Below, piece by piece: positions 1-9,424 of a DNA stretch of 56,967 bases. The notes under the pieces are model-generated. The model searched no databases, was not told where the DNA came from, and worked only from the letters and a program-made list of their open reading frames with translations. The stretch is from positions 1 through 56,967 of IMG/VR virus record IMGVR_UViG_3300042524_000351. One strand, written 5' to 3'. The position numbers and the translations under genes are program-made. Every line of letters begins with the position of its first letter. Positions within the stretch are counted from its first letter, which is position 1. The DNA comes from a virus. Lineage: Duplodnaviria; Caudoviricetes.

Positions 1-37
1 GTGCATCCTATTTCCTCCGCCCCACCCAAACGGCAAA

Positions 38-119
38 GCTCGGATGGCGGAATTGGTAGACGCGCTAGACTAAGGATCTAGTAGGGAAACCTGTGGAGGT
101 TCGAGTCCTCTTTCGAGCA
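38..119 (+). tRNA. tRNA-Leu, anticodon AAG; CCA not encoded
   Basis: Acceptor stem GCTCGGA/TTCGAGC with discriminator A, D-arm TGGCGGAATTGGTAGAC, anticodon arm CTAGA-CTAAGGA-TCTAG, long variable arm, T-loop GGTTCGAGTCC. Confidence 0.93.
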
Positions 120-126
120 CTTTCCT
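69..126 (+). repeat. attL core (58 bp)
   Basis: ACTAAGGATCTAGTAGGGAAACCTGTGGAGGTTCGAGTCCTCTTTCGAGCACTTTCCT, identical to 56842-56899; begins at the anticodon loop. Confidence 0.95.
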
Positions 127-185
127 TTAATAATCAAAGGAATACGGCGGACAAAACCGCCTCGGTTGACATGCCCTACAACGGC

Positions 186-1514
186 ATGAACGAGGCTGGC
201 GACAAAATGGCGACAAATCGGGGGAACGTCCCCCCCAAGGGGCGGAGCAAAAAAGCAGGCCCTTTTCTCAAGGTCAAAGCTGGCTCCGCTGTGGTGCCAA
301 TCTATCGCACGGAATCCAAAGGACGGGTTCGTTTCACCCTGAGCTTCTACCGGGACGGCCGCCGCATGCGGAAAATGTTCAACGATCTGGAGTCTGCCAA
401 AAAGGAGGCGTTGTTCGTGGCGCAGCGAATTCAATCCGGGATGCAGCATGTGACGGACCTCAAGCCGCATGAGCGCGACAGCTTCAAAGCAGCGGAGACC
501 CTGCTGGAAAAACTCGGGATTCCACTCTATGCCGCCGTGGAGGATTACGTCCGCGCCCGCACCCTGGCCGGAACTGAATCGCTTTCGGTGATGGCCACGG
601 AATACGGGAAGATGTTCGGCAACATCGTTCGCCGCGCCACAGTCCCGGAGGTGGTGGCCGAACTGCTCAAAATCCGCGAACAGGACGGGGCGAGCACCAA
701 GTATCTCGGCCAACTCCGCACCACTCTGAATCGCCTTGCGGCCAAGTTCCCCGGACCGATTCTCGAAGTCACTGGGCCGGACGTGGACGCCTGGTTGCGG
801 TCGTTGGATATTGTGGCGGTCACGCGCAATTCGATGCTGCGCTGCATCAAGGTGCTCTTCACCTTCGCCAAGGCCCAGAACTACCTGCCAGACGAGAAGA
901 ACACCGCCGTCGAGCAGATCCAGCAGGTGCGTGTGAAATCCGAAGATACGACGATCTTCTCACCCGAGGAGATGACGACGCTGCTGCACAATGCTTCGCC
1001 CGATCTGGTGCCCATCCTCGCCATCGGTGCCTTTGCCGGGATCCGCATGGCCGAACTTGAACGCCTCGACTGGAAAGCCGTGGATCTGGAGCGGAAGTTC
1101 ATCGAAGTGCGTGCCGGCCAGGCAAAGACTGCATCACGCCGTGTGATCCCGATCAGCGACAACCTCGCCGCCTGGCTGACACCACTGGAACGGAAAGGGA
1201 AGATCGTTCGGACGAAGGAATTGCAAACCCATGTGCCAGCGTTGGCCCGCGCCCTCAAGATGGAGTGGCCGCGCAACGTGCTCCGGGATTCATTCATCAG
1301 TTACCGCATTGCCATCGTCCAGAGTGCCGATCAGGTGGCGCTTGAGGCGGGCAACTCTGCGTCGATCATCTTCAAACACTACCGGGAGCTGACCACGCCC
1401 GAGGTCGCGGAGAAGTGGTTCGGCATTCTGCCCAAGGATGGACAGTGGGAAAACACCTTCCGCTTTGACCGCAAGAAGAGACGGGTGATCCTCAATGGAG
1501 TGGAGTGCGAGTGA
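186..1514 (+). CDS. int: Tyrosine recombinase / phage integrase
   Basis: GIRMAEL (catalytic R), LRDSF (HxxR variant), HYREL (catalytic Y); adjacent to att; start placed at ATG 186, 14 nt after TTGACA. Confidence 0.92.
   Translation: MNEAGDKMATNRGNVPPKGRSKKAGPFLKVKAGSAVVPIYRTESKGRVRFTLSFYRDGRRMRKMFNDLESAKKEALFVAQRIQSGMQHVTDLKPHERDSFKAAETLLEKLGIPLYAAVEDYVRARTLAGTESLSVMATEYGKMFGNIVRRATVPEVVAELLKIREQDGASTKYLGQLRTTLNRLAAKFPGPILEVTGPDVDAWLRSLDIVAVTRNSMLRCIKVLFTFAKAQNYLPDEKNTAVEQIQQVRVKSEDTTIFSPEEMTTLLHNASPDLVPILAIGAFAGIRMAELERLDWKAVDLERKFIEVRAGQAKTASRRVIPISDNLAAWLTPLERKGKIVRTKELQTHVPALARALKMEWPRNVLRDSFISYRIAIVQSADQVALEAGNSASIIFKHYRELTTPEVAEKWFGILPKDGQWENTFRFDRKKRRVILNGVECE
197..218 (+). repeat. 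Tandem TGGCGACAAA repeats, putative integrase arm-type sites
   Basis: TGGCGACAAAA-TGGCGACAAAT; a matching tandem pair lies at 56706-56726. Confidence 0.7.
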
Positions 1515-1516
1515 TA

Positions 1517-1692
1517 CTGTTCAATCCGCGCGCCAACGGTGCCTAACGGACGCGGAATGGTTTTGTGGGGGCTGGTCATATTGCCATCCCTTGTGCGGCC
1601 GGAACGTGCTCCTACGCGGCACCAAACGCATAATCCGGGGCAAGGAGCGCAGCCTCCTCACCCCGGATTTGTGACGAACGAAAAATGGTGCC
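1517..1692. repeat. Intergenic repeat element, copy A
   Basis: Shares GTTCAATCCG-N3-GCCAAYGG, CTAACGG and AAAAATGGTGC with 24836-25049 and 25965-26091, and CATATTGCCATCCCTTGTGCGG with the 24836 copy. Confidence 0.8.
1632..1669. terminator. Hairpin between convergent integrase and late operon
   Basis: AATCCGGGG...CCCCGGATT stem with inner AGGAG/CTCCT pairing. Confidence 0.55.
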
Positions 1693-1694
1693 AT

Positions 1695-1886
1695 TCAGGC
1701 CTTGAAACTCTGGTTCGACTGCCCGTCGTCCAGCAAGTCGCCAATGCGGTTCACCGCGTCCTTGAGGATCGAGGCAGCGGCGAACACGATCACGCCGACC
1801 TTCGGGTCCACGAATGGAATGACGTTGAGTGCGGAAACAAGTCCCGCGATTTTCCCGACAAAGCTGAGATATTTGAGTGCTTTCAT
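1695..1886 (-). CDS. Small membrane protein, holin-like
   Basis: 63 aa, two hydrophobic stretches, last gene of late operon, preceded by GTTGACA motif. Confidence 0.55.
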   Translation of the reverse strand: MKALKYLSFVGKIAGLVSALNVIPFVDPKVGVIVFAAASILKDAVNRIGDLLDDGQSNQSFKA

Positions 1887-2020
1887 GGCTCCTGGGGAGC
1901 GGTGTCAACGGGCGTGGGTGGATTGTGATTGGATTCGTTCCGCTGTAAGGGTAAGAGCTTGTCGGTGAAATCGGCCTGCGAAAGTGTCACTGGACGAAAT
2001 CTGCCTTTCCTATTCCACAA

Positions 2021-2722
2021 ATGTGTCGAAAATCAAAAAGTTGCTCAGATCTTGGGACAAACGTTTCCTTATGGGATAAGCGTTCACCACTTCCTCCGCC
2101 ATCGTGGTTCAAAGACCAGTTGCTGATATTTGTGGAGGCCGCAGAGCTCGCTGCTTACGGAGATCTGGTTGGCGCAGTAATGATGATCGGTAGGATGAGA
2201 AGCGATGAGATGCGACATTGGTTCGTCGAACATGGTCAGTCGTCCGGTGGGCATCGCAAGAAGCATTTTCAGATCGCAGTCCCAGTTGTATCGCCAGAAA
2301 ATTTTGATGTGATCCGTGAGCCGAAGAGATTCGAACACCAGGTTTTTATGCGGGATAACTACACCTGCCGCTATTGTGATTTACAATTACTGTCGAAGGA
2401 GGTGCTCGTGGCGTTCGAGCGTGTAGTAGGTACTGATGTTTTTACGACTACTGGCTCCAACGCACAGCAACATGGCGCAGTTCATGCCTTCAAGATAGTT
2501 GCCGATCATGTAGTCCCCTACAAGCTGGGAGGAAGAACCAACCTAGATAACCTTGTATCAGCATGCCCCGCGTGCAACTATGGAAAGCATAATTACACAG
2601 TTGAGCAGATGGATATTCAAGATCCGCGTAACCATCAGCCAGTGATATCAACTTGGGACGGGCTCTTGCATCTTGTTCCGCAACTAAAGATTCAGAAGAT
2701 GCGCCATGACGCACACTTATAG
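2021..2722 (+). CDS. HNH endonuclease domain protein (moron)
   Basis: RDNYTCRYC...DHVVPYKLGGRTNLDNLVSACPACNYGK; lower GC; opposite strand to late operon. Confidence 0.85.
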   Translation: MCRKSKSCSDLGTNVSLWDKRSPLPPPSWFKDQLLIFVEAAELAAYGDLVGAVMMIGRMRSDEMRHWFVEHGQSSGGHRKKHFQIAVPVVSPENFDVIREPKRFEHQVFMRDNYTCRYCDLQLLSKEVLVAFERVVGTDVFTTTGSNAQQHGAVHAFKIVADHVVPYKLGGRTNLDNLVSACPACNYGKHNYTVEQMDIQDPRNHQPVISTWDGLLHLVPQLKIQKMRHDAHL

Positions 2723-2757
2723 ACTTTGCTTTACGACAAAAACACCAGGCCACACCA

Positions 2758-3324
2758 ATGATTGACTGCTCTATTGAAACCAACCCTTGCCAATACAAAG
2801 GTGATTACAGCGTGTTTGATGCTATCGCTAAGAAGGAGCTTAGAGAGCTTCCTTTAGCCAACGAAATTCTCAATCACAGTAATTTTTGTTCGTCGATATA
2901 CTTGGATATGACCAACATAGATGTTTTAACGATTAGTGACTATCTCGGTTCACTAAAAAAATTGATGGGCGTGTATTTTCTTTGGGTGGACAGCGGTGAT
3001 TATTGCGAGGTGCACCGCATTCATAAGATGATCTGTGTTTATGTTGGCAAGGGTGGGGCCAAGCTGCGGGTCGAGCAACATATCAAAGATAAATGGCCAA
3101 AGGATGAGAGGTTTTTCGTTTCATTTTTTGAGTGTTCAAATCGTATTGCCAAATACACTGAACAACTATTTCTCGATACTTACCTGTTTTATCTGAACAG
3201 CAACGAAATGAGCGGGCAGGATTACTTATTTGGATTCTGGGATAGTCATAGATACGACAACGGCACAGAGGCGCAAAGACTCGGTGACATCCTTGTAGAG
3301 CGAATTTATCCAGAGACCCTGTGA
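2758..3324 (+). CDS. GIY-YIG-like nuclease domain protein (moron)
   Basis: GVYFLW...CVYVGKG..LRVEQH and downstream E; AT-rich, co-oriented with the HNH gene. Confidence 0.55.
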   Translation: MIDCSIETNPCQYKGDYSVFDAIAKKELRELPLANEILNHSNFCSSIYLDMTNIDVLTISDYLGSLKKLMGVYFLWVDSGDYCEVHRIHKMICVYVGKGGAKLRVEQHIKDKWPKDERFFVSFFECSNRIAKYTEQLFLDTYLFYLNSNEMSGQDYLFGFWDSHRYDNGTEAQRLGDILVERIYPETL

Positions 3325-3329
3325 ACATG

Positions 3330-3352
3330 GCCGCCAAAAAAGCGGCGTTTTT
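3330..3352 (+). terminator. Putative intrinsic terminator of the HNH/GIY-YIG pair
   Basis: GCCGC-CAAAAAA-GCGGC followed by GTTTTT. Confidence 0.45.
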
Positions 3353-3365
3353 CGCATCTCGACTT

Positions 3366-3554
3366 TCACCTTTTCCGCCACTTCCGCACCATCGCCACCA
3401 GCGACATGATGCCGACGGCCAAGCCCACGAGCAATGACGCCACACGCAGGTGCCATTCGATTTGCTCTTGGTATGATGTGATGACGCCCAACACCGGCGA
3501 GGCGATGCCGACGATAGCTTTGGAAACGTAGTCGAGGTCGATGGGTGAGCGCAT
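3366..3554 (-). CDS. Holin-like membrane protein
   Basis: 62 aa, hydrophobic segments and basic C-terminus RKWRKR; preceded by GTTGACA motif. Confidence 0.55.
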   Translation of the reverse strand: MRSPIDLDYVSKAIVGIASPVLGVITSYQEQIEWHLRVASLLVGLAVGIMSLVAMVRKWRKR

Positions 3555-3569
3555 TGGCTGGGATGGCTG

Positions 3570-4142
3570 TCAACGGCCGGGTTTGCCGTCGAGATCGGGC
3601 GGATGATCGTGGCGTAGGTATTTCTCCGCCCAAGCCGTGTAGCGGGCAGTGAGAGTGTTGTAGGTATCGGTGTCACCTGCCGCCTTCGCTGCCGCGATGT
3701 CTTTGAGCAGTTGCCTCATCCATTGGCCGTGCGGCTCACTCCAGATGAACTGTAGTTTGATTGTGAACGGATCGAAGCTCATCGGCGCAATGACCGGGAG
3801 TGGTTTCGACGATGGAATTGCTTCCATGTTATCCGGAGCATCGAATGGCGTGATGGTGTGTGCGCGGATTGGCTCAGGTTTGATTGGAGACGGAACCTGA
3901 TGTGCCGGCAACTGTCTCACGGTTGGCACCGCAGTCGGCTCCATGTTTGGCACTTCCGGAAGCCGATTTGTTGTATCCATGTCGAGTGCATGTGTTGCGC
4001 CTTCCGCGAAATGCGGTGCCTTGGCTTTGCGCTCCCTGATCGCGGCTACGACTAACCCGTCCAAACCCGGTGTGACCGGGAATGGCTTGGCGTGCGCCAA
4101 GGAAGCAAGGGACGCAGTGAGGATGAATAGACGAGCCTTCAT
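3570..4142 (-). CDS. Hypothetical exported protein, Pro-rich
   Basis: Start at ATG 4142 gives a Sec-type signal peptide MKARLFILTASLASLAHA. Confidence 0.6.
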   Translation of the reverse strand: MKARLFILTASLASLAHAKPFPVTPGLDGLVVAAIRERKAKAPHFAEGATHALDMDTTNRLPEVPNMEPTAVPTVRQLPAHQVPSPIKPEPIRAHTITPFDAPDNMEAIPSSKPLPVIAPMSFDPFTIKLQFIWSEPHGQWMRQLLKDIAAAKAAGDTDTYNTLTARYTAWAEKYLRHDHPPDLDGKPGR

Positions 4143-4165
4143 GATAGTGGTTGCTGCTTCAGCGG

Positions 4166-5215
4166 TCAGTCGTTCGCAATCGTTGCTTTCCGCCACTGCT
4201 CGTATGCGACCTCGCCTTTGATGAGCATCACGCTGCCGAGTCCCTGGGCATACGACACCGACTCGCCCCATGAGGTGAGGAAGGTGCCGTTGCGTTCCGC
4301 CGCTTCTTGAACGATTTCGGCGACGGCTTCTTGGGCGGACCAGTCGAGTTCGTTCGGAAGCTCAATAGGAAGTTCGAGGGCGGCGACGGTTTCGCGAAGT
4401 CCTGTGAATTTTGGAGCCTTCAATGCAGCGAGGATCGGAGCGAATGCGGCATCGAATTGCTCTCCCTCGGTAGGCAGTCCTTGAGCTTGCCGCTTTTCGA
4501 CGAGAAGCTGGGCGAGTTTGAGCATGATCTTGTTCCGACCAGCGGTGAAGGTGTCTGCCGAAATGTGCGCGGGTTGAGTGGCGAGATCGATCCACTCGGA
4601 CACTTTCATGGAAGAACGCCAAAAACCTGGACGGCGCAGTACATAGACGTTGCGGAACTCGTAGTAGCCTTCTCCGCGAATCGCGCCCGTAGGTAGCAAG
4701 GTAGCGATGTCGTCCATTCGGGCGGCGATGCCGGGGCGGTGCATTCCGGCATACCGGATCACCTCGATGTCCTGAGGCACTAGCTTGGGCTTGGCCGCGA
4801 TGTGGTCGAGCAACTCGGCGCGCTTCAGCGGGGTGATGGACTGAATGATGTCGCTCGCTTCAAACTTCCACACGGGACGCAGATCGAATGGTTTCTGCAT
4901 GTAGCGGTCAGCGAGGATGTCGTCGGGATCTGGTAGCGTGCTTGCCTCCCATGCCTCACGCCAGTCGGGGCCGATCAGCTTTGCGACGAGATCGACGGCA
5001 TCCGACTGCGCCTTGGTGACGGCAGAGACAAGTTTGGGATCGACGGTGCCCGGAGGATTAGTCGCGGCAGCAGCAGCTTGGGCCTGAGTGAGTGCAGCTT
5101 GCGCTGCGACAATCTTGGCGTCCCGAGCTTTCGCTCGGTCAAGGAGGGTTGGTTGAGCGGCAACAGCGTGTAGTGCGCCGATGATGGTGATTGCGATGGC
5201 AGTCAGTGGTTTCAT
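4166..5215 (-). CDS. Hypothetical exported protein
   Basis: 349 aa ORF with signal peptide MKPLTAIAITIIGALHAVAA. Confidence 0.7.
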   Translation of the reverse strand: MKPLTAIAITIIGALHAVAAQPTLLDRAKARDAKIVAAQAALTQAQAAAAATNPPGTVDPKLVSAVTKAQSDAVDLVAKLIGPDWREAWEASTLPDPDDILADRYMQKPFDLRPVWKFEASDIIQSITPLKRAELLDHIAAKPKLVPQDIEVIRYAGMHRPGIAARMDDIATLLPTGAIRGEGYYEFRNVYVLRRPGFWRSSMKVSEWIDLATQPAHISADTFTAGRNKIMLKLAQLLVEKRQAQGLPTEGEQFDAAFAPILAALKAPKFTGLRETVAALELPIELPNELDWSAQEAVAEIVQEAAERNGTFLTSWGESVSYAQGLGSVMLIKGEVAYEQWRKATIAND

Positions 5216-5230
5216 TGTGGTGGTTGTTGG

Positions 5231-6106
5231 TTATGGGGTGAGAGTGATCCGGCTCTTGCGCCACTCGACGGGGTGCATGGAGTTCCAGACATCCGAGTTA
5301 TTCGGGTGCTTCGGTTTTCCAGCGGGAGATTCGACCTGATAGATCCAGACGAGCTTGTCATGGTTCTGCTGCATCCACTCAATAGCTCCGAGGTTGTCCC
5401 GGCTTGGTTGGAACAGGACCGTGTATCCAGGCGTGCCTCCAGGTTGCAGTTGGGCGGTGAGTGACGAGTTCTCGTCCCACTTCACGCGCTTGAACTCGGT
5501 GTTGTCGCCGGGGTTGGCCGACTGGTTGGCGAAGTAAACCCAAGCGTCGGGATCGCCGGATCCAAGTCCCCATTCGGCATCAGCCGGTATACCAGTGGTG
5601 CAGAACCGATACACGAAGTATTCCTTCTTCACGCTGTATGCTATCCCGGTGTTTGAACTGAATACTGAGCAATCCCAAGGGTCGGCCACGTTCTCAAAGG
5701 ATGCCAGTCCGTCCTGACCGAATGTCCATCCCGAGCCGTTCCATTCTGCCAGAAAATCGGTGCCAAGCGCACGGTATTGCTTCCGCCCATTTACCTCCAC
5801 TCCGGTCGGAATGTAGTTGTGAGTGAACAGGTCGTTCTTCTTGAGTAGGAATCCCGGCTCGAAGTTCGTGAGGCTGGCCCGCACCTGAACTTCGACGTAG
5901 CCCTCGGGGATACGGATCTGAAAAACCGGGAAGCCGTCCTTGGTGGTGACGCTCGGTTGATTGATGTCGTCAGTCGGAGTGAGCACCTTTGATTCGCTGG
6001 TCAAATTGCCCAAGCGCGTGCCTGTCTCCGCAGGTGGAAACGCGAACACGGTCGCAACGGCGGCAATGGTCGCCAAGGACAGGAGTATGACAGATGGCTT
6101 CATCAA
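5231..6106 (-). CDS. Hypothetical exported or tail-associated protein
   Basis: 291 aa with signal peptide MMKPSVILLSLATIAAVATVFA; start overlaps the upstream stop. Confidence 0.65.
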   Translation of the reverse strand: MMKPSVILLSLATIAAVATVFAFPPAETGTRLGNLTSESKVLTPTDDINQPSVTTKDGFPVFQIRIPEGYVEVQVRASLTNFEPGFLLKKNDLFTHNYIPTGVEVNGRKQYRALGTDFLAEWNGSGWTFGQDGLASFENVADPWDCSVFSSNTGIAYSVKKEYFVYRFCTTGIPADAEWGLGSGDPDAWVYFANQSANPGDNTEFKRVKWDENSSLTAQLQPGGTPGYTVLFQPSRDNLGAIEWMQQNHDKLVWIYQVESPAGKPKHPNNSDVWNSMHPVEWRKSRITLTP

Positions 6107-6747
6107 ATGACGTTCTTGGATTTGAGTGTGGAAATGAGGGTTGCCAGCACATCCATGGTGTCGTCGATGGATGCGGAGTTTGGATTGAACGACTTGAGTT
6201 CGTTGCGCAGCGTGACGGTGTATCCCTCGTCGGATTTGAGAACGATGTTGCCGGGAGGTGGGTATGGCGGGTTCGCGCTCTGTGGCGTTCCCTCGTCTCC
6301 CCGGTTCACATCGTTCTCGACGATCACGAGGAAGGTGCGCGTGCTGGTCGAATCACTCGCTCCGTCGCGCCATGTCACTTCACCCATCAGGGTGATTTCC
6401 GAAAGTTCTGATCCGGTGGATGATCCGACACCCAGAGCGGAATCAAGCTCCAGCGTGTTGAAGCTTGGCGAGCATTGGTAAACCGGACTTTCCGCACCCG
6501 GGTCCGGCATGGTCCATTCGTCGGTGTGGACGAGATAGCCGACATCGTATCGTGCGCGTGGCTTCACCCCGAATTTGATTTCGAGGCTGACGGGATCGCC
6601 AATCGTCACGCTGGTTGATCCATTCCGCAGGAACGCGACTTCTAACCGAGCAGCATCACCCCGCTTGAATCGCAACGAAGTGACCGGATTACGGAAACCC
6701 GGACCTTCGATGAGTTGGAGCGATTCAAGATCGACGTAGAGCTTCAC
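6103..6747 (-). CDS. Putative distal tail / fibre-attachment protein
   Basis: 214 aa, predicted beta-rich N-terminus reminiscent of BppU-type domains, short helical C-terminus; position in tail region; GTG start. Confidence 0.5.
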   Translation of the reverse strand: MKLYVDLESLQLIEGPGFRNPVTSLRFKRGDAARLEVAFLRNGSTSVTIGDPVSLEIKFGVKPRARYDVGYLVHTDEWTMPDPGAESPVYQCSPSFNTLELDSALGVGSSTGSELSEITLMGEVTWRDGASDSTSTRTFLVIVENDVNRGDEGTPQSANPPYPPPGNIVLKSDEGYTVTLRNELKSFNPNSASIDDTMDVLATLISTLKSKNVI

Positions 6748-6771
6748 GCCAGTGCCCTGCTGTCAACCGAG

Positions 6772-8778
6772 TCATGTCTGCGCAGAGTAGGTGAGTCGTT
6801 GCCCCTCCACGAAGACGCTTGATCCGGCGGCGGGCGGCATGAGGTCAGTCCAATCGGTGACGTTTTGATTGCCCACGGCGGAAACCGGCAGAGGCACATA
6901 GATGGTTTCGAGAACCCGTCCGTCTGGATCGGGGGTGTCGAGCATGGGACCGGAGTGACCGTAGTCCTCGGAATCTCCCGAATTGGTTGCACGGCGCAGG
7001 GTCGGTGAAATCATTTCGGTGGGCCACGCACCAGGAAGCGATTGGTGTTCGTAGGGCACGTAGTCCGGATTTGTCCAATCCACCCCGCCAACTTGGAGGC
7101 TGTGCGCAATGACCTGTGGTGGTCTGAGTTCGCCCTCCACGTATTCTTCGGAATACTCATAGGTCGCGCTTCCCTGTGGGTAGGCCCCGCCACAGCCCGA
7201 GATTCCCGGTTCTCCTGCTTCTGGGGTAGTCCGGTGGCTGCTAAACGTGCGCTTCCGGTATCGGGTGGTTGATTCCCAATCGAACGAGGAAAATCCGAAT
7301 GCTGATCCGTTGCGTTCCTGAGTGGCCGCCAACAGGTGGATGCCGGGGACCGTCACCTTGTCACTGATCATCGTTGCGGGATCAGGCAGTATTTCATGCT
7401 CCGCCTCAGCGATCACTTTCCAGGGTTCCGGCTCGATGCCCGTCCATTGTTCCAGGCGGAAAATTCGCGCTTCCGTGAACTGTGCGTCCGAATCGAGTTC
7501 AAGCCGGAATTGAACCCGCAGCGATTCTGTGTCGGTTTCAAGAACGTGCTCCGTGTGCCAGTTCATGCTCCCTTCCCACGTCTCTTCGTCATACTGCCAC
7601 TCTCCAAGCTGGATGGTGATCCGGTATCGGCGACCTGTGCGGGAAATCAGGTTGAGTTGGCTGAGATACACGTATGAAGGGGAAGCAAACGTCTGAAAGC
7701 CGTAGAGATGACCAATCGGCCTCCATGGAGTGGCAGCAAAAACCGGATCAGGCGAAGAGTCGGGATTCCATTCAAACTCGCCGCCCCCGTATAGGGACCA
7801 ATGATTTGTGGTTTCGTCCTCAAGCTCTTCCTCAACAACCCCGTTCGGGTAGCTCACCTTGGTGTAGATGCCATAGTTGGCGAAGTTCAGCCCGGTATTC
7901 ACCGTGAATCCGCCGTAACCGTTGGGGACTTTTGTTGGCTCCCTGTAAATCGTGGGCCGGTTCATTCGCCGACGCAGGCAAAGCATCACAGTGTAATTGC
8001 CATTCCACAGATTGGCCAGCGATCCCACGGTGCCGCTCGACCACCCATCAAGAAACCATGTTCCCCGTGTCTTCGCCTGCCCGCCTGAAACCTTGTAATA
8101 CCTCGCCCCCGAGCTTTCGGCACGTGTGGCGCATGAGTTGAACCCAGCCTGAGCATCCACCACAGCCTCATTCGTTGCATTGCGGAAGGTAAACGACTTG
8201 CCCATCCATTCCGAGAGCCAGCCATCGATGACGCCCGATGTGACGGCGTTGGATAGTGTTTCAGTTCCCTCGCGGTGGAATCGCTCGCAACTGGTTGGCG
8301 AACGCTCCCAGTCATACGACATGGTGACTGTTGTAGCGGTAAGAGTTTTCGTGTTTTCCGGAAATCCGCCAATCCCGCTTCCTGATTGCTCTATGTCTTC
8401 CGCCCAAACTATGCTGACAGTGTTTGCCGTCTCATTGAAGGTCATCGTGCGGGTCCGAGTGACGGTCTTGCTGCCGGAATATGCGGTGCATGGGGAGTTT
8501 GGCGCAGGTTTCCAGAATCCATCCTCCGAGTAATCCCCGGTCCACGTCTGGAACATCTGATGGCCGCAGATGGCTTCGACCTCAGAACTGGCTGTGAGTT
8601 TTGTGCGGTGGTTCTGCGGGAAGAATCCGCCTCCTGAGAACACGCGAGTCAGCTTGGTGATCGTCCCGACCTCATCCCCAAAAAAGAACGGGGTCAGGGG
8701 GGCGCGGGTGCGGATGGATTTCCAGTCGCCTGCCTTTTGCACAGGCCATGGACGAAGGTCATCGTGATGGTAGGACAT
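6772..8778 (-). CDS. Putative tail tip / structural protein
   Basis: 668 aa, rich in Thr, Gly and aromatics; downstream of the tape measure cluster. Confidence 0.55.
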   Translation of the reverse strand: MSYHHDDLRPWPVQKAGDWKSIRTRAPLTPFFFGDEVGTITKLTRVFSGGGFFPQNHRTKLTASSEVEAICGHQMFQTWTGDYSEDGFWKPAPNSPCTAYSGSKTVTRTRTMTFNETANTVSIVWAEDIEQSGSGIGGFPENTKTLTATTVTMSYDWERSPTSCERFHREGTETLSNAVTSGVIDGWLSEWMGKSFTFRNATNEAVVDAQAGFNSCATRAESSGARYYKVSGGQAKTRGTWFLDGWSSGTVGSLANLWNGNYTVMLCLRRRMNRPTIYREPTKVPNGYGGFTVNTGLNFANYGIYTKVSYPNGVVEEELEDETTNHWSLYGGGEFEWNPDSSPDPVFAATPWRPIGHLYGFQTFASPSYVYLSQLNLISRTGRRYRITIQLGEWQYDEETWEGSMNWHTEHVLETDTESLRVQFRLELDSDAQFTEARIFRLEQWTGIEPEPWKVIAEAEHEILPDPATMISDKVTVPGIHLLAATQERNGSAFGFSSFDWESTTRYRKRTFSSHRTTPEAGEPGISGCGGAYPQGSATYEYSEEYVEGELRPPQVIAHSLQVGGVDWTNPDYVPYEHQSLPGAWPTEMISPTLRRATNSGDSEDYGHSGPMLDTPDPDGRVLETIYVPLPVSAVGNQNVTDWTDLMPPAAGSSVFVEGQRLTYSAQT

Positions 8779-8782
8779 GGCT

Positions 8783-9424
8783 TCAGTAGGTTTGGCGGTA
8801 GAAATAGAGCCCCTTGCCGTAGATCACTTCGCCGCCCCCGGTGCCGGGGCTGATTTCGGTTAGGTGCTCGCTCACCAGAATTGATCCGCCGCCGTTGTTG
8901 GTGATGTAGGTCGCTCCGTCTTGAAAGATCACGCTGCCAATCAAATACACCGCTTCACTCGGGCGCGGAGCACCCACGGGCCAATCCGCCGTCTGGTGGC
9001 TGTCGTAGTTGGGGCCGGTGACGATTTCCCAATTTTCGACCGAGAGCGTGCTGGTTGTCCGCAGCGTTGCTTTCGCAAAAAAGTAGGTCGTTTGGCTGAT
9101 GTCGAAATGGGAATCCCAGTTGTTGGCGAGATGATCGTTGAGCGTGCCCCACTCGATGTAGAATCGCTTGCTGCCTTCGGCTGGCGGCTGTGACGGGGCT
9201 GGGATGTAGCGTGGCCGAGACCCGACGATGGTGAGCGGCACGGGTTTGCCGCCGACCACCGGAGCACCCTTGGCGCGGTAGAAGAAGCCCCGCCTGTCGC
9301 GGTAAAGTTCCATGCCCTCGCAGCGTTGTGGTGTGCGGGCCTCGATGGCATCGATCATCATGTTCCAGTCCTTGGCGAGAACCGGCTCCTTCGGGTTTCG
9401 TTTCTTGGGAAGTCCTTCGATCAT
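8783..9424 (-). CDS. Putative minor tail protein
   Basis: 213 aa, translationally coupled within tail operon. Confidence 0.55.
   Translation of the reverse strand: MIEGLPKKRNPKEPVLAKDWNMMIDAIEARTPQRCEGMELYRDRRGFFYRAKGAPVVGGKPVPLTIVGSRPRYIPAPSQPPAEGSKRFYIEWGTLNDHLANNWDSHFDISQTTYFFAKATLRTTSTLSVENWEIVTGPNYDSHQTADWPVGAPRPSEAVYLIGSVIFQDGATYITNNGGGSILVSEHLTEISPGTGGGEVIYGKGLYFYRQTY

Noticed and set aside
78-713. 211-aa minus-strand ORF and the upstream extension of the integrase ORF to 93
   Set aside because: Antisense shadow of the integrase; the extension overlaps the tRNA
3570-9424. Diversity-generating retroelement acting on tail genes
   Set aside because: No reverse transcriptase and no TR/VR pair differing at adenines was noticed
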